64,000 nucleotides of DNA from Desulfobacterales bacterium (GTDB lineage Bacteria; Desulfobacterota; Desulfobacteria; Desulfobacterales; UBA2174), in contig CAXXWC010000021.1 in assembly GCA_963668645.2 (NCBI GenBank), positions 1,472,001 through 1,536,000 of the forward strand, in the 5' to 3' direction. The notes below the pieces were generated by a model that saw only the letters and a list, made by a program, of their open reading frames with translations, made no database searches and had not been told where the DNA came from. Positions 10,892 to 19,288 of the stretch are shown piece after piece (positions within the stretch are counted from its first letter, which is position 1; every line of letters begins with the position of its first letter). A program made the position numbers and the translations under genes.

Positions 10892-11929
10892 TCACGGTAC
10901 AGGCTTGTCGCCTGCACAAGGCTGCGCATTATGCAGGCGCGAAATTGAAGCGCCCCGGCTTCGGCCGTTTTTGATTCCCCCGTTGTCCCAACACCAAACA
11001 CAGTTGCGCCCGCTCTCTTTTGCGGCATACAAAGCGGCATCGGCTGCCGAAACGAGCTCGGATGGCGCCCGCATACAGCGTGAATAACCGGCGACACCGA
11101 GACTGATGGTGACACCGATCGACGTCCCCTCACCGACATTGAAATTTTGTGCCGCAACGGATTTGCGTAAACGTTCCGCAATCTTCAGCGCATCCACCGC
11201 TCGCGTTTCCGGCATGAGGATTGATATTTCTTCGCCCCCATAGCGACATATCCGGTCCGTTTCGCGGGCCTGTTTCATGAGCAGTTGGCTCAATCCGTGC
11301 AATATGGCGTCTCCGGCTTGATGCCCGTAGGTATCGTTGACTTTCTTGAACAGATCGATGTCCAGCATAAACAACGACAGCGGATGGTGATGCCGTTTTG
11401 TACGCCGCCACTCGTACTGAAGAAAATCGTAAAAAGCGCGGTAATTGTACAGCCCGGTAAGCTCGTCGTGGGTAGCGAGTTCTTCCAGCTTCAGTTGCAG
11501 GCGCTTTCGTGCGCTAACATCGCGCAATGAGACGAAGAATACGTTTTCACCATACCAGTTGCCCGAAATAGCACGCATTTCGACGACACATTCACGGCCA
11601 TCAGGGCGCACCACGCAAATCTCCGGATCTGTCTGATCTGTAACCGGGTAGCCTAGGGGATAACCGATGAGCTGTTCAGGTGAACGCTGGAAAAGTCCGC
11701 ATGCCGCCGCGTTGACGTAACGGACTACGCCATCCCTGTTGAGCACCAAGATGCCATCTCTCAACATCTCGAGCATTACCTGCAGATTATCGCGTTCGAC
11801 GCTAACGGTCTCGAGTTCCCTGACTATGCGGTCATAACGCGCGCCGGGTATCAAGACGCACTGATCCTTTTCGGTCAGGCAGTCTTTAGGCCAAGGAGGC
11901 ATCGTCGTTCCCCGTATCAATCGATTCAA
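10892..11929 (-). CDS. PAS-GGDEF diguanylate cyclase (GGEEI active-site variant, RxxD I-site)
   Basis: PAS (DGILVLNRDGVVRYVNAAA), ATHDELTGLYN, DIDLFKKVNDTYGH, RETDRICRYGGEEI, ADAALYAAKESGRN; TTG start overlaps kaiC stop, alternative ATG about 11902. Confidence 0.92.
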   Translation of the reverse strand: MNRLIRGTTMPPWPKDCLTEKDQCVLIPGARYDRIVRELETVSVERDNLQVMLEMLRDGILVLNRDGVVRYVNAAACGLFQRSPEQLIGYPLGYPVTDQTDPEICVVRPDGRECVVEMRAISGNWYGENVFFVSLRDVSARKRLQLKLEELATHDELTGLYNYRAFYDFLQYEWRRTKRHHHPLSLFMLDIDLFKKVNDTYGHQAGDAILHGLSQLLMKQARETDRICRYGGEEISILMPETRAVDALKIAERLRKSVAAQNFNVGEGTSIGVTISLGVAGYSRCMRAPSELVSAADAALYAAKESGRNCVWCWDNGGIKNGRSRGASISRLHNAQPCAGDKPVP

Positions 11930-13455
11930 TCCTGGTCCAGCTCGTTGGCAAACATGCCGCTCAGTCGATAGGCTTCGCTCTGGGGCACGTGTTTCGGCTG
12001 GCCCGACAGGATCCCGACTACGTTATTGAAGGGGCGACCGATATGCAAGCCGTGTTCGTCAATACTAAATTCGCGAATGTTCTTATCATGCTTGGAGCCT
12101 CGCATTTTCAGCACGGTAAGGCCGCGTTTCATCTCGCCGAACATCTCCACATAGCGCAGCAGGATGATGCAATCTGTAATGGTGGAGATATGCTGCTCGG
12201 TAATCGACTCGCCTCCCAGCAGGCTCGACGTGGTGGAAGTGAACAACCCTGTGATTTGCCGCTCCTTGAGAAAAGAGGTGATGCCGATCACGAACTCTCT
12301 ATACCCCTTGAGGGTGGATACCCGTTCGAGAGCTGACAGGCTGTCTACGGCGACGCGGGTGGGCTTGAAGGCATTGACATGGTTTTTGATCATAATCAGA
12401 TGATCCTCCAGGCCGGCCGTTTCCGGATAAGCGGCAATCACCTTGAGCTTCCCTTCCTGTTCCATCTTTTCGAAATCTTGCCCCCAGCCGGAGGCATTCC
12501 GGAATAGCTGGTCCCGGCTCTCCTCGAAGGCAAACAGCATGCTGCGTTCCTCGGTCTTATTGTAATCTACGCCGACGATATATTCAGTGGTCATCAGGGT
12601 CTTGCCGCAACCCGTCGCCCCGGAGATAAGCAGGATGGAATCACGAAACAGGCCGCCGCTGCACATGGTGTCCAGTTCTGCGTTGCCCGAGGTGATACGC
12701 GTCTTGTCCGATTTTTGTTCGAGCTGGATTTCTGACAGCGGGATAACGATGATCCCTTCGCCGGGCATGACGGTAAAGGGGAACTCCCCCTTGCGGTGAT
12801 TGGCGCCGCGAAACTTGAGGATCTCGATGGTGCGGCGGCGCTTCTCACCATCCAGCGCGTTGCGCAGAATGATGACGTTGTCGGTGACGAACTCCTCCAC
12901 CCCGAAACGGGAAATTTCGCCATATTCATCGACCCGCTCAGCGGTAATCAGCGAAGTCAGGCCCATCGCTTTCATTTTCGAGGCTATTTGAAACAATTCG
13001 CGGCGCACCACGGACTTATCGGCAAACTGGGAGAAGATCGCGCCGAGGGAATCCAGCGCAAGTCGCGTCGCCCCGACGCGTTTAACGGCCATCTCGATGC
13101 GTATCATCAAGGCACCCAGATCGTAGCTGCCCGACTCGACGGATCTCTCGTCAATGCGGACCGAGGCATCGACAAAGGTCAGCATCCCCTCCTGCTCCCA
13201 TTTCTTGAGATTCCAGCCGAAACAAAGCATGTTGCGCCGGATGTCCTCAGGAGACTCTTCGAAGGTAATGAACACGGCGGTCTGGCCTCTCCTGATGCCT
13301 TCCACCAGATGCTGAACGGCCAGGATCGTCTTGGCACTGCCCGAAGTGCCGGAAACCAGCGTGGTGCGGCCTGTCGGCAATCCGCCAATGGTGATATGAT
13401 CCAGACCTGGAATACCTGTTAAAAGTTTCTTAATCTGAGACATTTCCTTAGTCAT
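11926..13455 (-). CDS. kaiC: Circadian clock protein KaiC (double-domain, KaiC3-like)
   Basis: CI Walker A GTSGSAKT, CII Walker A GATGCGKT, FEES in both domains, SITEQHISTITD (S424/T425 phosphosites), KMRGS, C-terminal GILSGQP A-loop region. Confidence 0.96.
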   Translation of the reverse strand: MTKEMSQIKKLLTGIPGLDHITIGGLPTGRTTLVSGTSGSAKTILAVQHLVEGIRRGQTAVFITFEESPEDIRRNMLCFGWNLKKWEQEGMLTFVDASVRIDERSVESGSYDLGALMIRIEMAVKRVGATRLALDSLGAIFSQFADKSVVRRELFQIASKMKAMGLTSLITAERVDEYGEISRFGVEEFVTDNVIILRNALDGEKRRRTIEILKFRGANHRKGEFPFTVMPGEGIIVIPLSEIQLEQKSDKTRITSGNAELDTMCSGGLFRDSILLISGATGCGKTLMTTEYIVGVDYNKTEERSMLFAFEESRDQLFRNASGWGQDFEKMEQEGKLKVIAAYPETAGLEDHLIMIKNHVNAFKPTRVAVDSLSALERVSTLKGYREFVIGITSFLKERQITGLFTSTTSSLLGGESITEQHISTITDCIILLRYVEMFGEMKRGLTVLKMRGSKHDKNIREFSIDEHGLHIGRPFNNVVGILSGQPKHVPQSEAYRLSGMFANELDQD

Positions 13456-13676
13456 GCCAAATTCCTCTATTGAACCTGAATTAAATTTTGCGGCTCAATC
13501 CCAAAAGTTTGGCCGCCACATTTTCGTTTCCACGTGACAACTCGAGGGCCCTTTTAGCTCTTGATAACTATCTTTGATCCATCGTTTGCGATTCATTCCG
13601 ATTTTAAAATTCGACGATCCCGTTTACCGGGCACGCATTATCCTTAAGAGAATTCTTTATGCCCGAATCGTTTAGA

Positions 13677-13973
13677 TTAGGGGGCGAATCTATTCACAGT
13701 CACGAGGTCAAGTCCCAGCAACACCTTCTCGGTGATGGACAAATCTCCAATAACCCGCCGTAAAGGTTCGGGCAACACCTTGACCAACGTCGGCGTCGCG
13801 AGGATCCGCTCATCCTCGGCGAGTTGAGGCTGCTCAAGGATGTTAATAATTTCCAGATCGTATTCTCCGTCGAGTTCGTTCTCGCAAATCGATTTGATGT
13901 TTTCAATGGCGCGTTTCGACTGCGGAGTAAAACCGGTAATAAACAGCTTGAGCAGATACTTATCGTCTGGCAT
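13677..13973 (-). CDS. kaiB: Circadian clock protein KaiB
   Basis: YLLKLFITGFTPQS, PQLAEDERILATPTLVKVLPEPLRRVIGDLS, KVLLGLDL. Confidence 0.96.
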   Translation of the reverse strand: MPDDKYLLKLFITGFTPQSKRAIENIKSICENELDGEYDLEIINILEQPQLAEDERILATPTLVKVLPEPLRRVIGDLSITEKVLLGLDLVTVNRFAP

Positions 13974-14253
13974 GGTTATTCTTCCTATTCTTTTTAAAAA
14001 TTAAACAACAGATGATATCTTGCGCCCAAACCACTGCACATGCCCCCATGGGGTGTTCCGCAACCACCGTTGCAGGTCTTCTCGGAATTCGGGATAACAG
14101 GCGACTAACGTGGAGCCAGAACCGCTTTCGGCGGTAAACCGATATACCAACGCCGTCAACTTTCGCCAGACGCATCAGGAAAAAAGCCTGATACAAGTTC
14201 ACCACTGGTTCGAGTTGAGGATCCGACGGGGGAGGTGGAAGGTTTAGAACAGA

Positions 14254-14286
14254 TGACAACATCTATTGTCAATCACTCATTGAGTG
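14254..14286. promoter_or_regulatory. Two adjacent palindromes upstream of kaiB (TGACAA-N6-TTGTCA; CACTCA-T-TGAGTG)
   Basis: Both inverted repeats seen directly (14254-14271, 14274-14286); includes a minus-strand TTGACA but no good -10 at 17 bp. Confidence 0.35.
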
Positions 14287-14511
14287 GTTACTTAATAACG
14301 GAAATTTCACAAGCGCATTGGCTCCCCGCCCCTTGACCGGACCGAGACTCTTTAATTTCAACGCTCTCGATCTACGGAGAAGGACATAAATCAGTTTTCA
14401 TAACAAAGCTCCCAGACCAAGTCAATCTCAAATGATCCCCGCACAATCGACTGCACTCGTTCCGCCACCCGCAGCCGGATTGAGTCCAATTCGGCACCGT
14501 CGATCCATCAA

Positions 14512-14778
14512 AAAGCAGACCTCGTTTTACTCTTTGATCGCCCTGTCGAGTTTGGCGTAGTGGTCGTCGATCCACTTCTTGCTGTGGCACTGGGCGCATC
14601 CGGCTTTCATCTTGTCGCGCTCGGTCTGCCAGTTGGTATTGGCCCGAGCGGACCAGGTTGCGGGGCAGTCCACGCAATTTTTCTCATCGCCGGGCCGGGG
14701 GCGATCCTTGCGGCGGGGATTGCCGGGCCGTTGGTCCGTTGTTTTTGGCTCCGCGCTTGTTATGTTTACTTCGGTCAA
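14512..14778 (-). pseudogene. Remnant of a hydroxylamine-oxidoreductase-family multiheme cytochrome c
   Basis: CVDC joined to NWQTERDKMKAGCAQCHSKKWIDDHYAKLDRAIKE*NEVCF (one CxxCH, internal deletion, in-frame TAA); abuts the IS1634 end. Confidence 0.6.
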
Positions 14779-16562
14779 CCTGAGCTTGGGTTTGGGAAAC
14801 GTAGGAACACAAAACTGGCGCAAAGCCTTATCTGGCACGCATCTGTGGCGATGAATGAAATCCAGCGTGTGTCTACAGTTTTCGCCCCTTTTCAGGGCTG
14901 ATTTTCAAGCGAGAAGACCTGTTGCGGAGCTTTGATTTCAAGCGCTTTCAGCATGTTGGCAGTTTTCGCGGGGATCTCCTTGCGCATAAGCACACGGTAA
15001 TTTAAATTGTAAAGTTTTGTGATCTGTAGCTTGTCCAGCGACCGGCGAATTCGGTGCCAGGGCAGGCCGCATTCGAGTTCGGCCACCCGCTCGATCATCA
15101 GCGCCAGCACACAGATCTTCACATGGGCCTCAATGCGCCGCGAGGCCCAGTGGTACATCGGCATCATCTTGATCTGGGTGCGCTTGAGCGAGCGAAAGCA
15201 GCGCTCTATGACCATCAGCCCTTTGTACCCGCAGGCGGCGTCTTCGAGGCTGATGGTATCGTCGTTGGTTTCCACCACCCATTTGCCGTCGTATTTGGCC
15301 GCCGCCTTGATGGCCGCCCGGTCGATTCGGACCTGGTTGCCCTTGGTGATGCGCAGATACCGCTTGAAGCGCGCCGAGGCCAACAGCTCGATCGCCCACT
15401 GAGCCGTGGCCGATGGGTCCGGGTGCCGATCGAGTTCGGTTTCGAGCATTTGAACGATCGTTTCACGGTGTAGCCGCTGGCGTTTGGCTTCCTTGGGGTT
15501 GTAGCACAGGATGTAGCGCTTGCGCCTTTCGCCGTTGCCAACGATGACTTCTTTTGCGTGCAGGTTGTCTCGGATGACGGTGTAGCGGCCGCGTTTGCTC
15601 AGCACATCGCGTTTGATCTCGGCCACGCTGGCCATCCGGCAGGCCAGAAGGTACTTGCCGCAAGCCCGGGCCAGTTCGTCGCGGTTGGTCTGCGAATTCA
15701 TGCCCGCGTCGGCTACAAACAGGGCACGACCCAGGTTCCAGCCCCTCAGATCGGCACGGATTTTTTCAACGGTGGTCACATCGGCCGTGTTGCCCGGCAG
15801 CACCCAACTGCGCACCGGGATGCCTTCGCGGGTCACGGCCAGGTCCACTACGACTTGGGGCGACCAGGTGCCTTCCTTGTTGCGGCCGAACTTGCGTATT
15901 GTGGCGTTGGTGTGCCGGTCACCGTCATCTTCCCGGTCGACATGGAACGAGGCCGTGGTGGTGTCGTAGAAGATCAGATCCACGGTGAGGCTGAACAGGT
16001 TGGTGGTATGGAAAAAGACGTTTTTTTCGACCTCTTCCGCATGTTCGTGAAGCAGATCCATGGCTTCGTACATGTAATCGAGCTTCAGTCCGTCGCATGA
16101 CGGCAGGTGGACCGTGGACAGCCAGCGATCCCAGACGCCCAGCTTGGATTCGGGCTCACAGAGCCGGTTGGCGGTCATGGCCAACAGGGCCCGTTCGTAG
16201 TTGATGCGAACCCCTTTGGCCTTGACGATGTCGGCCAGGGTCTTTCGAAGCCCCAACCGTTCCCAGAGGGCTTCGATAACCAGCGGGCAGCCGAAAGCGA
16301 GAGTTTCTTGAATTTTGAGGCTGTCAGCCAGTGCCGAGACCGCTTGGTCATTTTCGAGCGGATCGATGACGGTCAGGCCGCCCCACATAGCGTTTGAAAT
16401 ATTTCATGTCAAGGCCTGAATCACAAATATGTGTGCCTACAGTAGTTGGGCTCGAAAAACGGCTCGAATTTTTGTAACCGGTTGTTTTTATAGGGTGCGG
16501 GGTTATGGACAGTCGGATTTTGGGGGCGTTTTTTGCCTACAAATTCCAAACCCAAGTCCAGG
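14779..16562 (-). mobile_element. IS1634-family insertion sequence, internally deleted, no flanking TSD
   Basis: Imperfect terminal inverted repeats CCTGAGCTTGGGTTTGGGAAACGTAGG (14779) and CCTGGACTTGGGTTTGGAATTTGTAGG (reverse complement ending 16562) bracket the transposase. Confidence 0.85.
14892..16388 (-). pseudogene. IS1634-family DDE transposase lacking its N-terminus
   Basis: IFYDTTTASF, FVADAGM, YKGLMVIERCFRSLK, RIEAHVKICVLAL; ORF begins inside the -10 box of a TTGACA-N17-TATGTG promoter with no RBS. Confidence 0.8.
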
Positions 16563-16645
16563 GCGTGTCGGAACTGATCAAGTGCCTATACGCCGCCGCA
16601 ACCGGCCTGGATCTGCACGAGGAAACCGAAGGCGTCGAGACATAA
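16563..16645 (+). pseudogene. 3' remnant of TRAP transporter small permease DctQ, truncated by the IS
   Basis: GVSELIKCLYAAATGLDLHEETEGVET* directly upstream of dctM RBS (AAGGAG). Confidence 0.6.
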
Positions 16646-16663
16646 GGTATAAGGAGAGCGGCC

Positions 16664-17981
16664 ATGTCCCCTGAAATTCTCGGATTGCTTTCGCTGGCGA
16701 GCCTGTTCGGCTTTATCTGCGTCGGCTTTCCCATCTCGTTCACACTGATCATTCTGAGCATCGTCACCGGCTACATCGGCATCGGCCAGGTGGTCTTCCA
16801 CTTGATGACGTTGCAGTTCTACTCCGTCATGACCGACACGGTGTTGTCGGCCGTACCGTTTTTTCTCTTTATGGGATATATCCTGGAGAACTCCGGCCTG
16901 ATGGACCGTCTCTTCAAGGCGTTTCAGTCCATGCTGGCCCGGCTGCCCGGCTCGCTCTACCTGGCAGTAACCTCGACGGCCACGATTTTCGCCGCGGCCA
17001 CGGGCATCGTCGGCTCTTCGATCACCTTGCTGGGGGTCATGGCGGCGCCCACCATGCGTGAAAGCAAGTACGACGTGCGTCTGTCCGCCGGTTGCATATC
17101 GGCCGGAGGCACCCGGGGCATCCTGATCCCACCGAGCATCATGCTGGTGGTTATGGGCCCGGTGGTTGGCATGCCGGTGACCGATCTGTTCGCCGCCGCC
17201 ATCTTTCCCGGCATCATGCTGGCGACGATCTACATCACCTACACCCTGATACGCTGCATGTTCAACCCGCAGCTGGGCCCCCCCCTGCCACCCGAGTTGC
17301 GCCCGCCGTCGCTGAAGTGGGTCGCCAAAGAGTTGGCCCTCGGGGTTGTGCCGGTGGCGACTCTGATCCTGGCTACGCTGGGCAGCATCATGGCCGGCAT
17401 GGCCACGCCCACCGAGGGGGCTGCGGCCGGCGCCTTCGGCTCGCTGGTGCTGACCCTGGCCTACCGGCGCCTGACCTGGGAAGGGCTGCGCAAATCGATG
17501 TACCGCACAGTGGAGATCTCGGCCATGATCCTGCTGCTGGTGGCCGCCTCGAACTTCTTCGGCTCGGTCTTCTCGCGCCTCGGTTCAGCCACCATGCTCA
17601 CCCAGCTGCTGATGGGAATGCATCTGGACCCGATGATCATGCTGGCCTTGATCATGATCTTGATCTTCATCCTCGGCTGGCCGCTGGAATGGGTGCCCAT
17701 CGTACTGATCATCGTGCCGATCCTCATGCCCCTGGTGCGCCAGATGGAGTACAACCTGCTCTGGTTCTGCACCCTGGGTGGCCGTGACCCTGCAGACCGC
17801 ATGGCTCTCGCCTCCGGTGGCCCTGTCGGCCTATTTTCTCAAGGGGGTGGTGCCCGACTGGCAGCTCAAGGACATCTACATCGGCATGATGCAGTTCATG
17901 GTCCTGCAGATGCTGGGACTGTTTATCATCATGTTCTTTCCCCAGATCGCCACCTGGCTGCCGGCCTACCTTTCCCGGTAG
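16664..17981 (+). pseudogene. TRAP transporter large permease DctM, frameshifted near 17776
   Basis: AVPFFLFMG, ILIPPS, ATPTEGAA motifs; an extra G in CTGGGTGGCC moves the C-terminus (VAVTLQTAWLSPPVA...IATWLP) to ORF 17778-17981; conserved GTLG reads GTRG; a sequencing error is possible. Confidence 0.8.
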
Positions 17982-18003
17982 CCGCCCGCATGCCACCAGA
18001 CAC

Positions 18004-18034
18004 AAGGCCGCTCCCTTTCAACGGGAGCGGCCTT
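18004..18034. terminator. Rho-independent terminator hairpin (likely bidirectional)
   Basis: AAGGCCGCTCCC-TTTCAAC-GGGAGCGGCCTT, a 12-bp perfect stem between convergent genes. Confidence 0.75.
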
Positions 18035-18065
18035 CTATTTGGCGACGATGGATCTGCGGAAACCG

Positions 18066-18278
18066 TCAAGATTGATGCAACCGGAATGCATGCACCACCG
18101 ACAGTGGATAGCACACCGCCGGGTCGCCGAAAGGGGAGATTTCACCGGGCGCCAGAGGGTTAAAACCGGCGCCATGATCCCAGTACTCCACGCCGCTGAT
18201 CACCGTTCCGTCCAGAAGGCGGATGTCGTAAACCATCGCATCCTGTGGCCGCGGCGGACCAATGGTCGTCCATTCCAT
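18066..18278 (-). CDS. Small hypothetical protein (70 aa)
   Basis: GGGAG RBS before ATG at 18278; MEWTTIGPPRPQDAMVYDIRLLDGTVISGVEYW; ends near terminator. Confidence 0.5.
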   Translation of the reverse strand: MEWTTIGPPRPQDAMVYDIRLLDGTVISGVEYWDHGAGFNPLAPGEISPFGDPAVCYPLSVVHAFRLHQS

Positions 18279-18321
18279 TATAGGCTCCCGTCCGGTAAAA
18301 AATCGAGATGGGTGGCAGGGG

Positions 18322-18549
18322 TTAGTGCGGGGCACCCGGTGGAGCCAGCCGTCGCTCCAAGTCCGCGCAGGTATCGACAGCCTTCTTGAGCCCCTCCAGT
18401 TGCCAGGTGAAACGATCGTCCCAGCGCAAACTCTCTGATGAGGGGCCGTATTGACGCAGCAGGGCATAGGCTTCGGCCATGCTTCCGGCAGCCTCCCGCA
18501 GCAAATGACTCACCCGTTCCAGCTCTTCTTGTGCATCTGGATGACTCAT
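18322..18549 (-). CDS. Small hypothetical helical protein (75 aa)
   Basis: GAGGAG RBS; codirectional with hup. Confidence 0.55.
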   Translation of the reverse strand: MSHPDAQEELERVSHLLREAAGSMAEAYALLRQYGPSSESLRWDDRFTWQLEGLKKAVDTCADLERRLAPPGAPH

Positions 18550-18657
18550 TGTTGCTCCTCGACCTTCCCAGTCCGTCGGTGGCTCAAAAGCATGAGGGGC
18601 CGCTGCACGCCCTATTGCGTGATGCCGCCCCCCACAAAAATCGATTCTTCCTGCCGA

Positions 18658-18930
18658 TCAGACCGCGTCCTTGAGTTTCTTCCCCGGGGTGAACTTGACC
18701 ACGTTGTGGGCCTTGATGGTGATCTTTTCGCCGGTTTGCGGGTTGCGCCCCTTGCGGGCCTTGCGGCGCACCTTCTGAAAGGTACCGAAGCCCACCAGGG
18801 TAACCTTGCCGTCCTTCTTTTTGAGGGCGCCGGTCACCCCGCCGACAAAAGAATCCAGCGCCGCTGCCGCCGCAGCCTTTGATATGCCGGCATCTTTCGC
18901 CATCTGCTCCACCAATTCGGCCTTCGTCAT
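18658..18930 (-). CDS. hup: HU family DNA-binding protein
   Basis: MTKAELVEQMA, VTLVGFGTF, RKGRNPQTGE, VKFTPGKKLKDAV; AAGGAGG RBS. Confidence 0.96.
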   Translation of the reverse strand: MTKAELVEQMAKDAGISKAAAAAALDSFVGGVTGALKKKDGKVTLVGFGTFQKVRRKARKGRNPQTGEKITIKAHNVVKFTPGKKLKDAV

Positions 18931-19288
18931 CTCCAACCTCCTTCATTTTTGGGTCTTAAGGTGAACAGCAGGATCGCCACCCTGGCTTAGACCATAAATC
19001 ATTATGGATTTCAAGCATCAATTCGCCCCAAGCCCCAGGATGGTCAGTACTGACAGGCCTTTGGTGGCAAATAGGGCTGTAAAACACCTGCCGTTAAGGC
19101 CTGGGCGAAAGGCCGCGAGAAGGATCATGCGAATTCAAGGAGACGGCCCTGAGGTGGTTTTCCACTTTCATAACAGATTGTTATATGAGCCCCCACCGCC
19201 TTGGAACATCCGGATAAGTCCTTAATCCGCACTAATTTCCGGCCCCGGCACTGACCGGAAAGCGTCTTCCCGATATGGGCGTCCGATT

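Noticed and set aside
14100..14160. Possible c-di-GMP-I riboswitch upstream of kaiB (ACCGCCGAAAGCGGT hairpin)
   Set aside because: Lacks the following GACGCAAAG and second stem; only a generic hairpin. An Rfam/Infernal scan would settle it.
13960..14677. ORFs 13960-14262 and 14372-14677 as extra kai-operon genes
   Set aside because: No recognisable motifs or clear RBS; the second overlaps the cytochrome relic in another frame.
17982..18163. C-terminal extension of the 499-aa DctM ORF
   Set aside because: Out-of-frame product of the frameshift; runs through the terminator.
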